A DNA stretch of 63,200 nucleotides, filler included, from Octopus bimaculoides (GCF_001194135.2; 13 parts of 11 records of this genome joined end to end with filler, not necessarily neighbours in it); one strand, 5' to 3'. Shown: positions 24,573 to 37,308, counted from the first letter of the whole stretch. Notes: generated by a model from the letters alone, not told the origin. Translations and numbers: made by a program.

Positions 24573-24621
24573 GTCTCCGATGAAGGGATACATTAAATTT
24601 TCCCTGAAACAGCTGTAAGAC
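24573..24621 (+). ncRNA. Minimal type I hammerhead ribozyme, C4 variant
   Basis: GTCT-CCGATGA-AGGGA(12 nt)TCCCT-GAAAC-AGCT-GTA-AGAC. Confidence 0.7.
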
Positions 24622-24906
24622 ATTCTACATAAAATATAAATGTATTTACACCATTGGTCTCTTTATCTCATTCTTTTTATATATACACACGCTAATACAC
24701 GACACATGTTCAACTCTTCATTCATGTTGCAACCACATCTGGGGCAAAACTAGTCGGCATACACTACTTATTCGGTATTACCTGTAACATTAGGGTCTGG
24801 TTGACTTCATTACCCATCTTATTATTTATATATATATATATATATACATATGTATAAATTTTGTATAGATGTATATTAATAATCATATACATACACAAAG
24901 ATACAC

Positions 24907-24949
<43 letters not shown>

Positions 24950-26938
24950 TGTGTGTGCATATCATTCCATCAACAGCCTGTAGATTAAGTTAGTCGTTTG
25001 TACTTAACAGTTAACACATCCTGCCAATGCAATATTATTAAAGAATATGAAACTTGTGTTTACTTTTATGACAAAGTAGTATTTTAAAGACATCTCTCTG
25101 AACCCGGTTCCTTTCTCAAATATACATGTTGTATTACATATAGATATCACCTGTAAGCAGCAAAGATAGTCCTTGTCCTCTCAAATATTTAAGCTATTGT
25201 GTGGTTTCTGAAATAAACGTCAAAATGTACAACTTGATCGAAACGTCCATTGTACTTTTTTATAACGAAGTGTGATAGATGTTGCGCAGCTAATCTCCAA
25301 ATTCCTCCCTAATTTCTAATATGTACAACTGATTCATGTGGCTCGTAAATAGTAGGTGACCTTGCATGAAACAATTGTTGAATGTTATGTGTATGACTAG
25401 AAAAATAAAGATCGACACAATTACAATGATAAAATATGAATCATCATTATTTTATACGTAATGTAATGCTTATTTTATCGACTACGCTATTGTGATATTT
25501 CTGCAGCCGTTTCGTGAACTAATTTCATATTCCACTCCCCTCCTCTATCTCCCTTTCTCTTCACATACACACACACGCATAAACATACAAACACAAATAT
25601 TTACATATATACACACGCATATAGAAATACATACATACACACACACACACACATATATATATATNNNNNNNNNNNNNNNNNNNNNNNNNNNNNNNNNNNN
25701 NNNNNNNNNNNNNNNNNNNNNNNNNNNNNNNNNNNNNNNNNNNNNNNNNNNNNNNNNNNNNNNNNNNNNNNNNNNNNNNNNNNNNNNNNNNNNNNNNNNN
25801 NNNNNNNNNNNNNNNNNNNNNNNNNNNNNNNNNNNNNNNNNNNNNNNNNATATACACATACATGTGTGTTAGTATGTTTGTACAATCACACGCATATATA
25901 TATATATACATCCATATGTATGCTTAGACATATACATATATATACATGCACACACACACACAGATATATATACATATGTATATACATATATGCGTGTTTG
26001 TATACATACATATGTGTGTGTATACATATCTGTTAGTGTGTGTGTGTTTGTGCGTGTGTATGCACATATATTTGTAATATTTAATTAGAATTACCTGATT
26101 AGTTTATACCATTGCATGTGATATTATAAAAAGTATCTCACCGTATTTTGTGACCGGTTTACAACCAGTAATATTATTCATGCCATGATTTTATTAAGAA
26201 ACAGTTAATTAATATATTTAGTTTAATTAATAGATTCTGTAAATTCTGTTTTAGAAGTAAAGAATGAACTGAATAAAGCAAAAATCTTATTTTATTTTAA
26301 TTAATTAAAATTAAATTTTTTTCTCTTTTAATTAAAATTGCTAGCATAATGATTTAATTCAATGCATAGAATTAATTTGTTAAATATACATGACATTCCT
26401 AAGATTTATTAACGTAGTGTTTCAGTATTGATTGCAAAATTGTTTATATATAGTTAATGTTATAAACAATATTCGATTCATGCAGAAAATCTTTTAGTGT
26501 TTTCCGAAAAATGCAATCAACTTCAGCGATCTGTATTTTATCATGTATTCGACAAGAATAACAAAATGCAACTAGGTGAGGAAATAATTCATTGTAATGA
26601 ATAGGTTAATATAATTATTGATACGTATTCGTAATGTTAAACCAATTTCCAAAATATTTACCATATGATTTGATAAATCACGTATATGTATTACGAGTAA
26701 ATCCTTCCCTCTTTACATCTTACATACTGCTTCACATCACTTAGCTTTCATGAGATAGTTTTTCGAACTATATATATAAATAAACATATATACACATATA
26801 TATGTATGTTTATATATGTTTATATATATAAATATATGTTTATATATAAATATATTTATATATATAAACATATATATATATACATATATATGAATGCATA
26901 TATATGTGTAAATGTTTATAAACATATATATATATGTG

Positions 26939-26969
<31 letters not shown>

Positions 26970-27447
26970 NNNNNNNNNNNNNNNNNNNNNNNNNNNNNNN
27001 NNNNNNNNNNNNNTTAATTAATTAANNNNNNNNNNNNNNNNNNNNNNNNNNNNNNNNNNNNNNNNNNNNGAAAAAGTGGAGCTGCAGGCTGAGAAGGCTA
27101 CAGGTTGTTGACAGAGATGACGCAGTTCACATTTCGAAGAAGATTGAGCTAAACAAGTCCTATCCTATGTGTAGACAGATGGATGAATAAGGATAATATC
27201 GAGAGATGGACGAAGATGTTTATAGAAGGGGAAACTAGCATTCCATATACTCTATAAATCAAAGAAATACACACCAAGAACTGATGTTGGTGTACTTTCC
27301 CTTGAATCTGTTTGGTAATTTGCTGTAGTAATTGTAATTATGTTCGGGGTACTGTCATATGGAGTATTTGGAATAATTGGTTTTTTAGCATAACCTGGAC
27401 ATTAAAAAAAAAGTTGAGTGGATAAATAATCATTCACCTTTTATTAA

Positions 27448-27504
<57 letters not shown>

Positions 27505-27711
27505 TATATATATGCATATATGTACATACCTACATATATATGTATACATACATGCATAAATGGGTAGACGACATCAAAAAACCGTTAAACACAATGAGAA
27601 ACGAAAACATAGAATACGATTTTTTTTCGAACAACGAACAACATGGCCGGAGTCACATGACTGAAACATGTAAAACAATAAAAGAAGCTACACCATTTTA
27701 ATCCCGAGCAA

Positions 27712-27986
27712 ACCAGGTATCCCCGCTGAGGGAACCCGTGGAAGAGGTAGGCACAGGAAGACCTGGGCTGAGGTGGTGAGGCAAGACCTTCGAACATTGG
27801 GCCTCACCGAGGCGATGACTACTGACCGAAACCTTTGGAAATGTGCTGTGCGTGAGAAGACCCGGCAAGCCAACTGAGATCGTTGCCAGGGCCCCTGGAC
27901 TGGCTCTTGTAGGGTTTTCGAGCGAGATCGTTGCCAGTGCCCCTGGACTGGCTCTTGTGCAGGTGGCACATAAAAGACACCATTTC
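27712..27986 (+). mobile_element. RTE-clade LINE 3' end
   Basis: EGTRGRGRHRKTWAEVVRQDLRTLGLTEAMTTDRNLWKCAV* is the RTE C-terminal signature (G.R.RGRP.K.W); 3' UTR follows. Confidence 0.85.
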
Positions 27987-28354
27987 NNNNNNNNNNNNNN
28001 NNNNNNNNNNNNNNNNNNNNNNNNNNNNNNNNNNNNNNNNNNNNNNNNNNNNNNNNNNNNNNNNNNNNNNNNNNNNNNNNNNNNNNNNNNNNNNNNNNNN
28101 NNNNNNNNNNNNNNNNNNNNNNNNNNNNNNNNNNNNNNNNNNNNNNNNNNNNNNNNNNNNNNNNNNNNNNNNNNNNNNNNNNNNNNNNNNNNNNNNNNNN
28201 NNNNNNNNNNNNNNNNNNNNNNNNNNNNNNNNNNNNNNNNNNNNNNNNNNNNNNNNNNNNNNNNNNNNNNNNNNNNNNNNNNNNNNNNNNNNNNTATATA
28301 TAAATATATGCATATATCCATACATATATGTACATACCTACATATATATGTATA

Positions 28355-29597
28355 CTAGCAGCTAAACCCGGTTTCACCCGGCCTGTTTGGATGATGTGGC
28401 TGTGATCGTTTTCGGTTAGGCATAATCTATAACAGCGCTTCTCAACCTTATCATTTCAGGTCCCCTGTTTTAATTGGAGCCTCTAGCTGTTTGAAGATTT
28501 CATCAACCTCCAGTCAGAAAATGGCTTCAGGAGTTGTGAAGAAATAATTTGTACGTAGTCTGTTTCTGAGAGCTATTCTATTGGATATCTGTATAATCAT
28601 TAAAACATTTATTTAATTATGAACATAGAAAGAAATTATACATTAATCCCAATTTTTGTAAGCAGTTGTGTCTGTAAACATTTTATTTGCAGAGCAGAAA
28701 TTGAAAGATATATGAAATGGACGAGCATGTGTGTGTGTGCGTGTGTGTGTGTGAGAGAGAGAGAAAGAGGGTGAGAAAGAGAGATAGAATGAATGAGTGA
28801 AGATGTGTGTCATTGACTTACTTCCTCACCCATTCCTCCCATTCCTCGAAACTTTCCACGAAGTAATTCCTCCCCTCCTCTAAGTCCGTGGAACTTTCCA
28901 GGAAGACATTATGCCTACTCGGAATTTTCCAGGAAGTAATTCCTTCCCCTCCTCGGAATTTTCCAGAAATTAATTCCTCCCCTCCTCACCTTCCTTGGAA
29001 CTTTCCAGAAAGTAATTCGCCACCCCCACATCGGAACTCTCCAGGAAGTAATTCGCAGCCCTCTTTGGAACATTCCAGGATGTAATCCCCCCTCGGAACT
29101 TTCCATGAAGTAATTCGCCCCTCCTCGGAACTATCCAGGAAGTAGCTCATCTTCGAAACTTTCCAGGAAGTACCATCCTCGAAACTTTCCAGGCATTAGT
29201 TCAATCTCCAAACTTCCCAGGATTTTCCAGATAATCCTCGGAATTTTCCAGGAGAATCCCAGGAATTTTCCAGGTAGTTCCCCGGAATTTTCCAGGAAAT
29301 CCTCTGAACTTTTCATGAAATATGAATTTTCCTGAAAATCCTCGGAACTTTCAAGGAAGTCCCCGGAATTTCCCAGGAAGTTCTCGGAAATCCTCGGAAC
29401 TTTCCATGAAATCATCGGAATTTTCCAGTAAATCCTCGGGGTTTTCCCGGAAAGCCTCTGGACTTTCCATAAAATCCTCGGAATTTCCCAGGAAGTTCTC
29501 GGAAATCCTCGGACCTTTCCAGGAAGTCCGCCGAAAATTTCCAGGAAGTAGCTTCACTAATTTCTTCTGCACAAATACTTATTTGGATTAGTAGTGA
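28355..29597 (-). mobile_element. Non-autonomous Helitron (1243 bp)
   Basis: Minus strand starts A|TC (29597) and ends CTAG|T (28355), with a CCGG-N6-CCGG hairpin 9 nt from the terminal CTAG. Confidence 0.75.
28843..29550. repeat. Minisatellite with core TCCTCGGAA(C/T)TTTCCAGGAA (~30-35-bp units, then ~21-bp units)
   Basis: Direct reading; lies inside the Helitron. Confidence 0.9.
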
Positions 29598-29605
29598 TTT
29601 CTCCC

Positions 29606-29638
<33 letters not shown>

Positions 29639-30149
29639 NNNNNNNNNNNNNNNNNNNNNNNNNNNNNNNNNNNNNNNNNNNNTTAATTAATTAANNNNNN
29701 NNNNNNNNNNNNNNNNNNNNNNNNNNNNNNNNNNNNNNCCACTACCACCTCCACCAGTAACATCGTCACCACCACCACCACCACTACTGTCTCCACGGCC
29801 ACCACCACCACCACCACCACCACCATCACAATCACTACTACCATTTCCACCAGTAACATCGTCACCACCATCACCACTAACACCACCAACACCAGCACCA
29901 CCACCACCACTACTGTCAGCCTCCCACCATCACTGCCACCCCCACCATCACCACCACCCTCCCCGTCGTTATTAATATTATCATTCCTGTTGTTATGAAA
30001 GAATATTAATGAAAGAAATTATTGTTAAAAGAAATCTTTATTACCATGATTAATATTATTATCAATATATTATTATTATTATCAATATTATTACCAATAT
30101 ATTATTATTATTATTATTATTATTATCATCAACATCATCATCATCATCA

Positions 30150-30228
<79 letters not shown>

Positions 30229-31296
30229 CGCTAATGTTAATGTTGATATCAGTTTCATCGTCGCCGCTATAGTTTATTGTTACTGTTATCGTTGTTATTG
30301 TTGTTGTTGTTGTTGTTGTTATTGTTGTTGTTGAGTTTGAAATAACCAAACGTTGACGTTGAGGACGTTGTTTTAATAAATAAATAAATAANNNNNNNNN
30401 NNNNNNNNNNNNNNNNNNNNNNNNNNNNNNNNNNNNNNNNNNNNNNNNNNNNNNNNNNNNNNNNNNNNNNNNNNNNNNNNNNNNNNNNNNNNNNNNNNNN
30501 NNNNNNNNNNNNNNNNNNNNNNNNNNNNNNNNNNNNNNNNNNNNNNNNNNNNNNNNNNNNNNNNNNNNNNNNNNNNNNNNNNNNNNNNNNNNNNNNNNNN
30601 NNNNNNNNNNNNNNNNNNNNNNNNNNNNNNNNNNNNNNNNNNNNNNNNNNNNNNNNNNNNNNNNNNNNNNNNNNNNNNNNNNNNNNNNNNNNNNNNNNNN
30701 NNNNNNNNNNNNNNNNNNNNNNNNNNNNNNNNNNNNNNNNNNNNNNNNNNNNNNNNNNNNNNNNNNNNNNNNNNNNNNNNNNNNNNNNNNNNNNNNNNNN
30801 NNNNNNNNNNNNNNNNNNNNNNNNNNNNNNNNNNNNNNNNNNNNNNNNNNNNNNNNNNNNNNNNNNNNNNNNNNNNNNNNNNNNNNNNNNNNNNNNNNNN
30901 NNNNNNNNNNNNNNNNNNNNNNNNNNNNNNNNNNNNNNNNNNNNNNNNNNNNNNNNNNNNNNNNNNNNNNNNNNNNNNNNNNNNNNNNNNNNNNNNNNNN
31001 NNNNNNNNNNNNNNNNNNNNNNNNNNNNNNNNNNNNNNNNNNNNNNNNNNNNNNNNNNNNNNNNNNNNNNNNNNNNNNNNNNNNNNNNNNNNNNNNNNNN
31101 NNNNNNNNNNNNNNNNNNNNNNNNNNNNNNNNNNNNNNNNNNNNNNNNNNNNNNNNNNNNNNNNNNNNNNNNNNNNNNNNNNNNNNNNNNNNNNNNNNNN
31201 NNNNNNNNNNNNNNNNNNNNNNNNNNNNNNNNNNNNNCTGTGTATATATATATACATACATATATGTACACGTATATATGTATATATATATATATA

Positions 31297-31482
31297 AAGT
31301 GTAGTATATTGCCACTTAAGTGTGGCTGATAAGTGTGTCGATAAGCCAGCTGGAGGAGATGTCCTCCTGGGGCTAAAAGCAACAGTAACATCCACCCCTA
31401 GGGGTCAGCCACACTTAAGTGGCAATATACTACACTTCATCGTGCAGTTACTGTTAATACTTCATTTAGAGAATTAACATAT
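31297..31482 (+). repeat. Fragment of the 345-bp HHR-bearing unit with a 33-bp local inverted duplication
   Basis: 31335-31482 is the near reverse complement of 33787-33933; 31297-31329 is the exact inverse of 31405-31437. Confidence 0.85.
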
Positions 31483-32182
31483 ATATATATACGTGGTGCA
31501 CCAGCATGACCGCAGCCACTTGGCTGAAACACATAAATAAATAAATAAATAAATACGTGTACATATATGTATGTATATATATATATATACACAGGCACAC
31601 ATATATACATGTGTGTATATACATACATATGGAGCACGTGTTTCTTCATTGTTGCATAAATATGCATTAATTTTAGCGCCCTTACTGAAGGAGCACGGAT
31701 GGCAAATTAATTTATTTGCACATTGATGCAGAAACTCGAGTATAAGGGTAACTATTGAAATGTTTTCATTGTTCATTCGCTTTGAAATTACTCTTATTTG
31801 TGGCTTTAACTACCCTTTCCAGCATGTAAGGTGTCCTGTTAAAGGTCACCTCGTATGTGTATAAAACGTACACTAATTTATATATATACATAATTAGAGT
31901 CAACAAGAAGGAGTACCGTTGTACATTTATTTGTGATCGCTACAATTGTCTCTACGCAAAGTAGTTCTCCAGGTTCGTAGCTGCTTGGTTATGCAGCTGC
32001 TTTCCTACATTATGAGATCTAGTTGTTTTTCCTCAGGTAATATATAAATAAATATTGTCTCTGTAGACACAAAATCTTAGCTTCAAGCACACCCTTTCTG
32101 TCTGTCGTGCTCTGCAGGATTGCAGTAGGCACTCGGTGTATCAAAGAATGCCTTGTGACTGAAAGTCTGTTCGTAAACGGCA

Positions 32183-32232
<50 letters not shown>

Positions 32233-32757
32233 CATATACAGAGATGGCTATAAGTCGCTTTATCAATTTCTAATAACAATAAAGAAATGGGTAAAGCTAT
32301 TTATGGCCATCACTGTATATGTATGTATATGTATNNNNNNNNNNNNNNNNNNNNNNNNNNNNNNNNNNNNNNNNNNNNNNNNNNNNNNNNNNNNNNNNNN
32401 NNNNNNNNNNNNNNNNNNNNNNNNNNNNNNNNNNNNNNNNNNNNNNNNNNNNNNNNNNNNNNNNNNNNNNNNNNNNNNNNNNNNNNNNNNNNNNNNNNNN
32501 NNNNNNNNNNNNNNNNNNNNNNNNNNNNNNNNNNNNNNNNNNNNNNNNNNNNNNNNNNNNNNNNNNNNNNNNNNNNNNNNNNNNNNNNNNNNNNNNNNNN
32601 NNNNNNNNNNNNNNNNNNNNNNNNNNNNNNNNNNNNNNNNNNNNNNNNNNNNNNNNNNNNNNNNNNNNNNNNNNNNNNNNTATATTATTATGATTGACCG
32701 TTGACTGAACACTATTCAATTTTTTTTTTCTCCGTGTTTTTCTCCTTGTCTCTGTAT

Positions 32758-32794
32758 TCTTTCTGTTGAAGAGCGTAGCTCGAAACGTCAAAGA
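32758..32794 (+). ncRNA. Minimal hammerhead-like motif, CUGUUGA family (best copy)
   Basis: TCTTT-CTGTTGA-A-GAGC(GTA)GCTC-GAAAC-GTC-AAAGA: perfect stems I and II, GUC triplet. Confidence 0.6.
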
Positions 32795-32967
32795 CTTTCC
32801 GTATTCCCGAGCGTCATACTAATATATACTTTTGTTATTTACACCACCTGTCCTCGTCTGTTGTTATTATTTGTATATTCTCCCATATATATATGTGTGT
32901 GTGTGTGTGTGTCTGTGTGTGTGCATATTTGTATATATAAATATATATACGTATATATATATATGTA

Positions 32968-33392
32968 TATGAGCGTGTGGAAAATATTCCATCAGCATTG
33001 TCCAAATGATGCTGGCATCACCTTTAAGATACACCCAAGATTTGGGTCCCATGATATCCACCCACAACATAAATCACACTCGCATCTGATAACAACAATA
33101 CGGCACAATTATTTCACCTCAACTGGCTCCGCTCTCTTTGGCATAACACCAAAACACATTAAAGCAGAGACAGACCCCATAACGTTTAAGAAGTCTTTAG
33201 ACAAATTCTTTCAAGAAAACCCAGATAAAGAGTCTACACCCGGGCATATCTCCGTAAAGCAGCAACGCGCTAGTTGAGTGGGCGATGATATCCGAATCCT
33301 GATTTCAATGACGTCACCAGGAGGTTCTATTAAGTTAGAAATAACCTACGCCTGGACTGTCCGAAACCTATTGAAGTATCAAAGTATCAAAG

Positions 33393-33395
<3 letters not shown>
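32968..33395 (+). mobile_element. CR1-type LINE 3' end
   Basis: WKI...PN..I.F..HPRFG..IRHNYFTSTG.ALF..TPKHIK..FKKSLDKF...PD...PG; (AAGTATC)n tail. Confidence 0.75.
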
Positions 33396-33430
<35 letters not shown>

Positions 33431-33530
33431 NNNNNNNNNNNNNNNNNNNNNNNNNNNNNNNNNNNNNNNNNNNNTTAATTAATTAANNNNNNNNNNNNNN
33501 NNNNNNNNNNNNNNNNNNNNNNNNNNNNNN

Positions 33531-33945
33531 TGTTACTGTTGCTTTTAGCCCCAGGAGGAATCTCTTCCAGCTGGCTTATCGACACACTACTGTGTCCTGT
33601 TTTCCAAGGGAAGTTATCCCTCCCATCATGATCTGTAGCACGAACGGACCCGGGTTTCAGGGTTATTTCCCTTCGTCGGCGTTCGATAGCCACTGATCTT
33701 TGATGAGAGAGACAAAATCTTGGCAATCTTATATCTACTTTTCCAGTGAAATTCTTCACTGATATCGAAAAGGTGAAAACAAGCAATGTTAATTCTCTAA
33801 ATGAAGTATTAACAGTAACTGCACGATAAAGTGTAGTATATTGCCACTTAAGTGTGGCTGACCCCTAGGGGTGGATGTTACTGTTGCTTTTAGCCCCAGG
33901 AGGAATCTCTTCCAGCTGGCTTATCGACACACTACTGTGTCCTGT
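33531..33945 (-). mobile_element. Retrozyme-like or Penelope pLTR-like element: 345-bp unit with a 70-bp identical direct repeat
   Basis: 33531-33600 equals 33876-33945; contains an HHR; left side abuts a gap. Confidence 0.7.
33641..33685 (-). ncRNA. Minimal type I hammerhead ribozyme, C4 variant
   Basis: CGAACG-CCGACGA-AGGG(AAATAA)CCCT-GAAAC-CCGG-GTC-CGTTCG: all three helices perfect, GUC triplet. Confidence 0.85.
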
Positions 33946-33989
33946 ATGTATGTATGTGTGTATATGTGCATGTATGTCTGTATGTATAT

Positions 33990-34185
33990 GTTTGTGTGCC
34001 TGCATTTACTCCCTTACCATCGCTTGACAACTGATGTTGGTGTGTTTACGTCCACGTAACTTAGCAGATCAGCAAGAAACACCCGATACCATAAGCACTA
34101 GGCTTACAAACAATAAGTTCTTGGGGCGATTTCTTGAACTATAGAAGGCAGTGTTTCAGCATGGCCGCAGTCAAATGACTGAAGT
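33990..34185 (+). mobile_element. SINE family A, 3' half
   Basis: catcgcttgacaactgatg...cagcatggccgcagtcaaatgactga. Confidence 0.85.
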
Positions 34186-34229
34186 ATGTTCCTCTCAGAG
34201 GGCTCAACATACAAATTTGTCAGGTCAAG

Positions 34230-34518
34230 CTTACCATAAAAAAATCACTTCACCTGTCCTTTGAAGAACTTAATCTATGTTCTCAAATGTGGAGTGCGTG
34301 GTGGAGACTACATAGGTCAAACTAGTTTAACCTTGAGGGACAGACGAACGGTGTACAGGCAACAAATCCAGGACCCCATTCCCGTAAACCAACACCTAGA
34401 CCCGAAATACCAAATCTTCCTTCTCTATCATTGCACCGGAAATGCCTCAACCAAATTCCATTCAAACAAAGAAAGCATACTCATTAAAAAATATAAACTA
34501 CAGCTAAATATCCTTTAG
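34230..34518 (+). pseudogene. Penelope-like element GIY-YIG endonuclease remnant
   Basis: FTC..KNLIYVLKC....DYIGQTSLTLRDR....RQQI..HL..KES.LIKKY..QLN. Confidence 0.85.
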
Positions 34519-35312
34519 AAAGAAGAAAAAGCGCTAAAGAGAAAAAGGCAAACAAAGATTCAATTTCTCCACAAAAAAAAAGACAACCAGGACCAACAGA
34601 CAGTTTTAAAAACTTTAGTAACAGTTTTCCACCCGGTTTTCGAAATCGCAACTCCAAATCACCAGACAATAGCATGATACAAACTCCAGTTACTGACGTC
34701 ACCTAACACTAGACCAATGAAATTTTACCTCCGATCAAAACCGAACTTCAGCAAAAGCAACAAAATGAACCTTTAAGAGAATCAACCAACCAGAACGGCT
34801 GATGACCGTTCCACACAGGGAAGCCAACCAGGCAGAACGACAAACTTGACCACCGGAAAAACAAGACGCCACCAGTACTTTATCGAATCAAAAATCAGAT
34901 CCACTCGCGGAAAAAATTATAAACATACCGGATTCCAAAACACACCGTTACAAGCGATAGCTCCTCCACACGACGGAAAGAGAATCAGAGAAAAGTAAAC
35001 CAAATCCCCCGCCTTTTTTTTTACTTCCTCTTCTTTTTCTTCCTCGTAACTCAGTATCACTGAAATTTTGATGATATTTTGTCGATCACTACTAACACTA
35101 ATGAACTTGGTACATTTAAACAAGTTGATGTACAGTTTTTATATTATTGACTGTTATGAACATTTAAACTTGTCAACATTGGAACTTTGAAACATGTTTT
35201 TCTACTTCATGATTCTAAATTTTTACCATTGATAAACAAAAAGAATTTTGTTGAAACTAGTTTGGTATGTATGTTAATAAATTTATCTTAAACAATTACA
35301 CACGCACACGCG

Positions 35313-35379
<67 letters not shown>

Positions 35380-35467
35380 CTAGCTAGCTAGATAGATAAA
35401 TTGATAGATAGCTAAATTGATAGATAGATAGATACATATAAATACATGCATACGTACATACAAAGAA

Positions 35468-35541
<74 letters not shown>

Positions 35542-35663
35542 GCGTGTGTGTGTGTGTGTGTGCGTGCGTGTGTGTGTGTGATTGAAATATACAGAAAGCA
35601 AGAGACAGTGACAGATGAAGGAACAACAAATAGATGTATTTGGCGCCGGGGAAAAATGGAAAA

Positions 35664-35703
35664 GTTTTGTACGTTTCGAGCCTGCACTCTTTAACAGAAA
35701 GAG
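35664..35703 (-). ncRNA. Degenerate hammerhead-like motif, CUGUUGA family
   Basis: TCTTT-CTGTTAA-A-GAGT(GCAG)GCTC-GAAAC-GTA-CAAAA. Confidence 0.4.
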
Positions 35704-37238
35704 ATGAGAGTGAAAAGATGGAAAAAGAAAACAAAAGCGAAGATAGAAAAATAAACGCATCGGGAACCTGCAAGGGGGTCTATATGCAACTGTATCTCAC
35801 TTTCTATCCTCACAAAAATTTCACATCTTACTGTCTTAGTAAGGAAAGGAGACTATTTGACATATTGGTGTTTGTAGTACTAGAATAGACTTCGGCAAAC
35901 TTTTTCCGGAAGCCGGCCGCACGAGACATGGCTTAAATTCGATGGACCGCACTATATATTAAAAAAAATATGAAAGTAATTTTTCTGTAGATGTGCCATT
36001 CATGAAAGCCCGCAACGGATCGCAGGTTGGCTTTGATTTCCCTAGATACTGCTTAAAGGACAGGATAATCTCAATGAGAATGCTACTTATGATCGACTTT
36101 ATTTAATAGACTATATACTCATTGACTGAATTTCGCAATACACTTGCCATTATATACGAAACAAACTTGAAACATATGGAATCAAACCACGTTGCCACTC
36201 TGGATTGCTCTCTTCAGGTGAAGAAAATATCGGTCATGAAGGGGTTTTATATAACACATACTTTTATTTGCTCAATCAGGCCTGGCCTGTGGAAGGAAGA
36301 AGACGAAACAATAAAAACATCACCACTATAAACAACAACAACAACAAACAATACATGAACTTGGTCTTTTGATCTACTAAAAGCAGGAAAGGAAACTTGC
36401 TCTGTCATACTCATCGTACTTATAAAAATTGATACAGTGGATTATATAACTCTGTTTAAATTGTCTGAATATGAACCGGGACGACTAAGGCTAAAATATC
36501 GTGGACTATAGATATTCTGGTTCGACGTTAACTACAGCCTAAAGAAAACAGCAGCAACAGAAGCAACAACAACATCAAGAAAAACGTCAGTAACAGCGAC
36601 AACGGAAGCAAAAAATTAACAACCACTGCCCCGTTAAGAAGTTTCCTATGCAACCATGCAGATCGATTCCACTGCACACCTGCCACGACTAGCAAGTGAT
36701 GTTCACCAATGGCTAATGAGCAGATTTTAGGATCCGGAAACACCGTAGAGTTTCCGAAAACTGGTGTCATGCGAATAGGTACCTTTGTTATATTTGTTCT
36801 GAATTTAGTAAGAGACAGTTCGACAGAAATGCAGACACATTTGAATGAGCGTAAGAAAATCTACAATCACAATACATATGCGTTTCTTTAAGTACATATA
36901 CGACTGCATATGTACTTAAATCATCTGAAACCCTAGTCTAGGCAACTAAGTTTTACACATCCCTATAAGTTCCACTTGATATGATACACTAAACCTTTCT
37001 TTCCAATTCTTTTACTGATTTTAGTTATGAGAGAATGGTAATGCAGAGCACCTTCCTGTGGAATAGGATATAAGATATAATCGATTTTATTGCTTCAGTT
37101 TCCATCGATCTCGAACGGGTCAAAAACGTAAATGTATTTGGACGAGATGCCGACTTCAGAAAACCTACAAAACTATTTTGTCTGACGCCAAACAGATTCT
37201 GATACATGCATGCATTCATAAGTACATACATACATACA

Positions 37239-37270
<32 letters not shown>

Positions 37271-37308
37271 CAAATACACATATATGTGTGTATACGTAAG
37301 CACAAATA

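Noticed and set aside
28843-29550. CRISPR-like or coding (7-aa repeat) reading of the minisatellite
   Set aside because: No unique spacers, degenerate variable units, eukaryotic context; ORFs are short and occur on both strands
34795-34870. CTGATGA in the Penelope 3' region
   Set aside because: Position is suggestive but there is no stem II-GAAA-stem III-NUH arrangement
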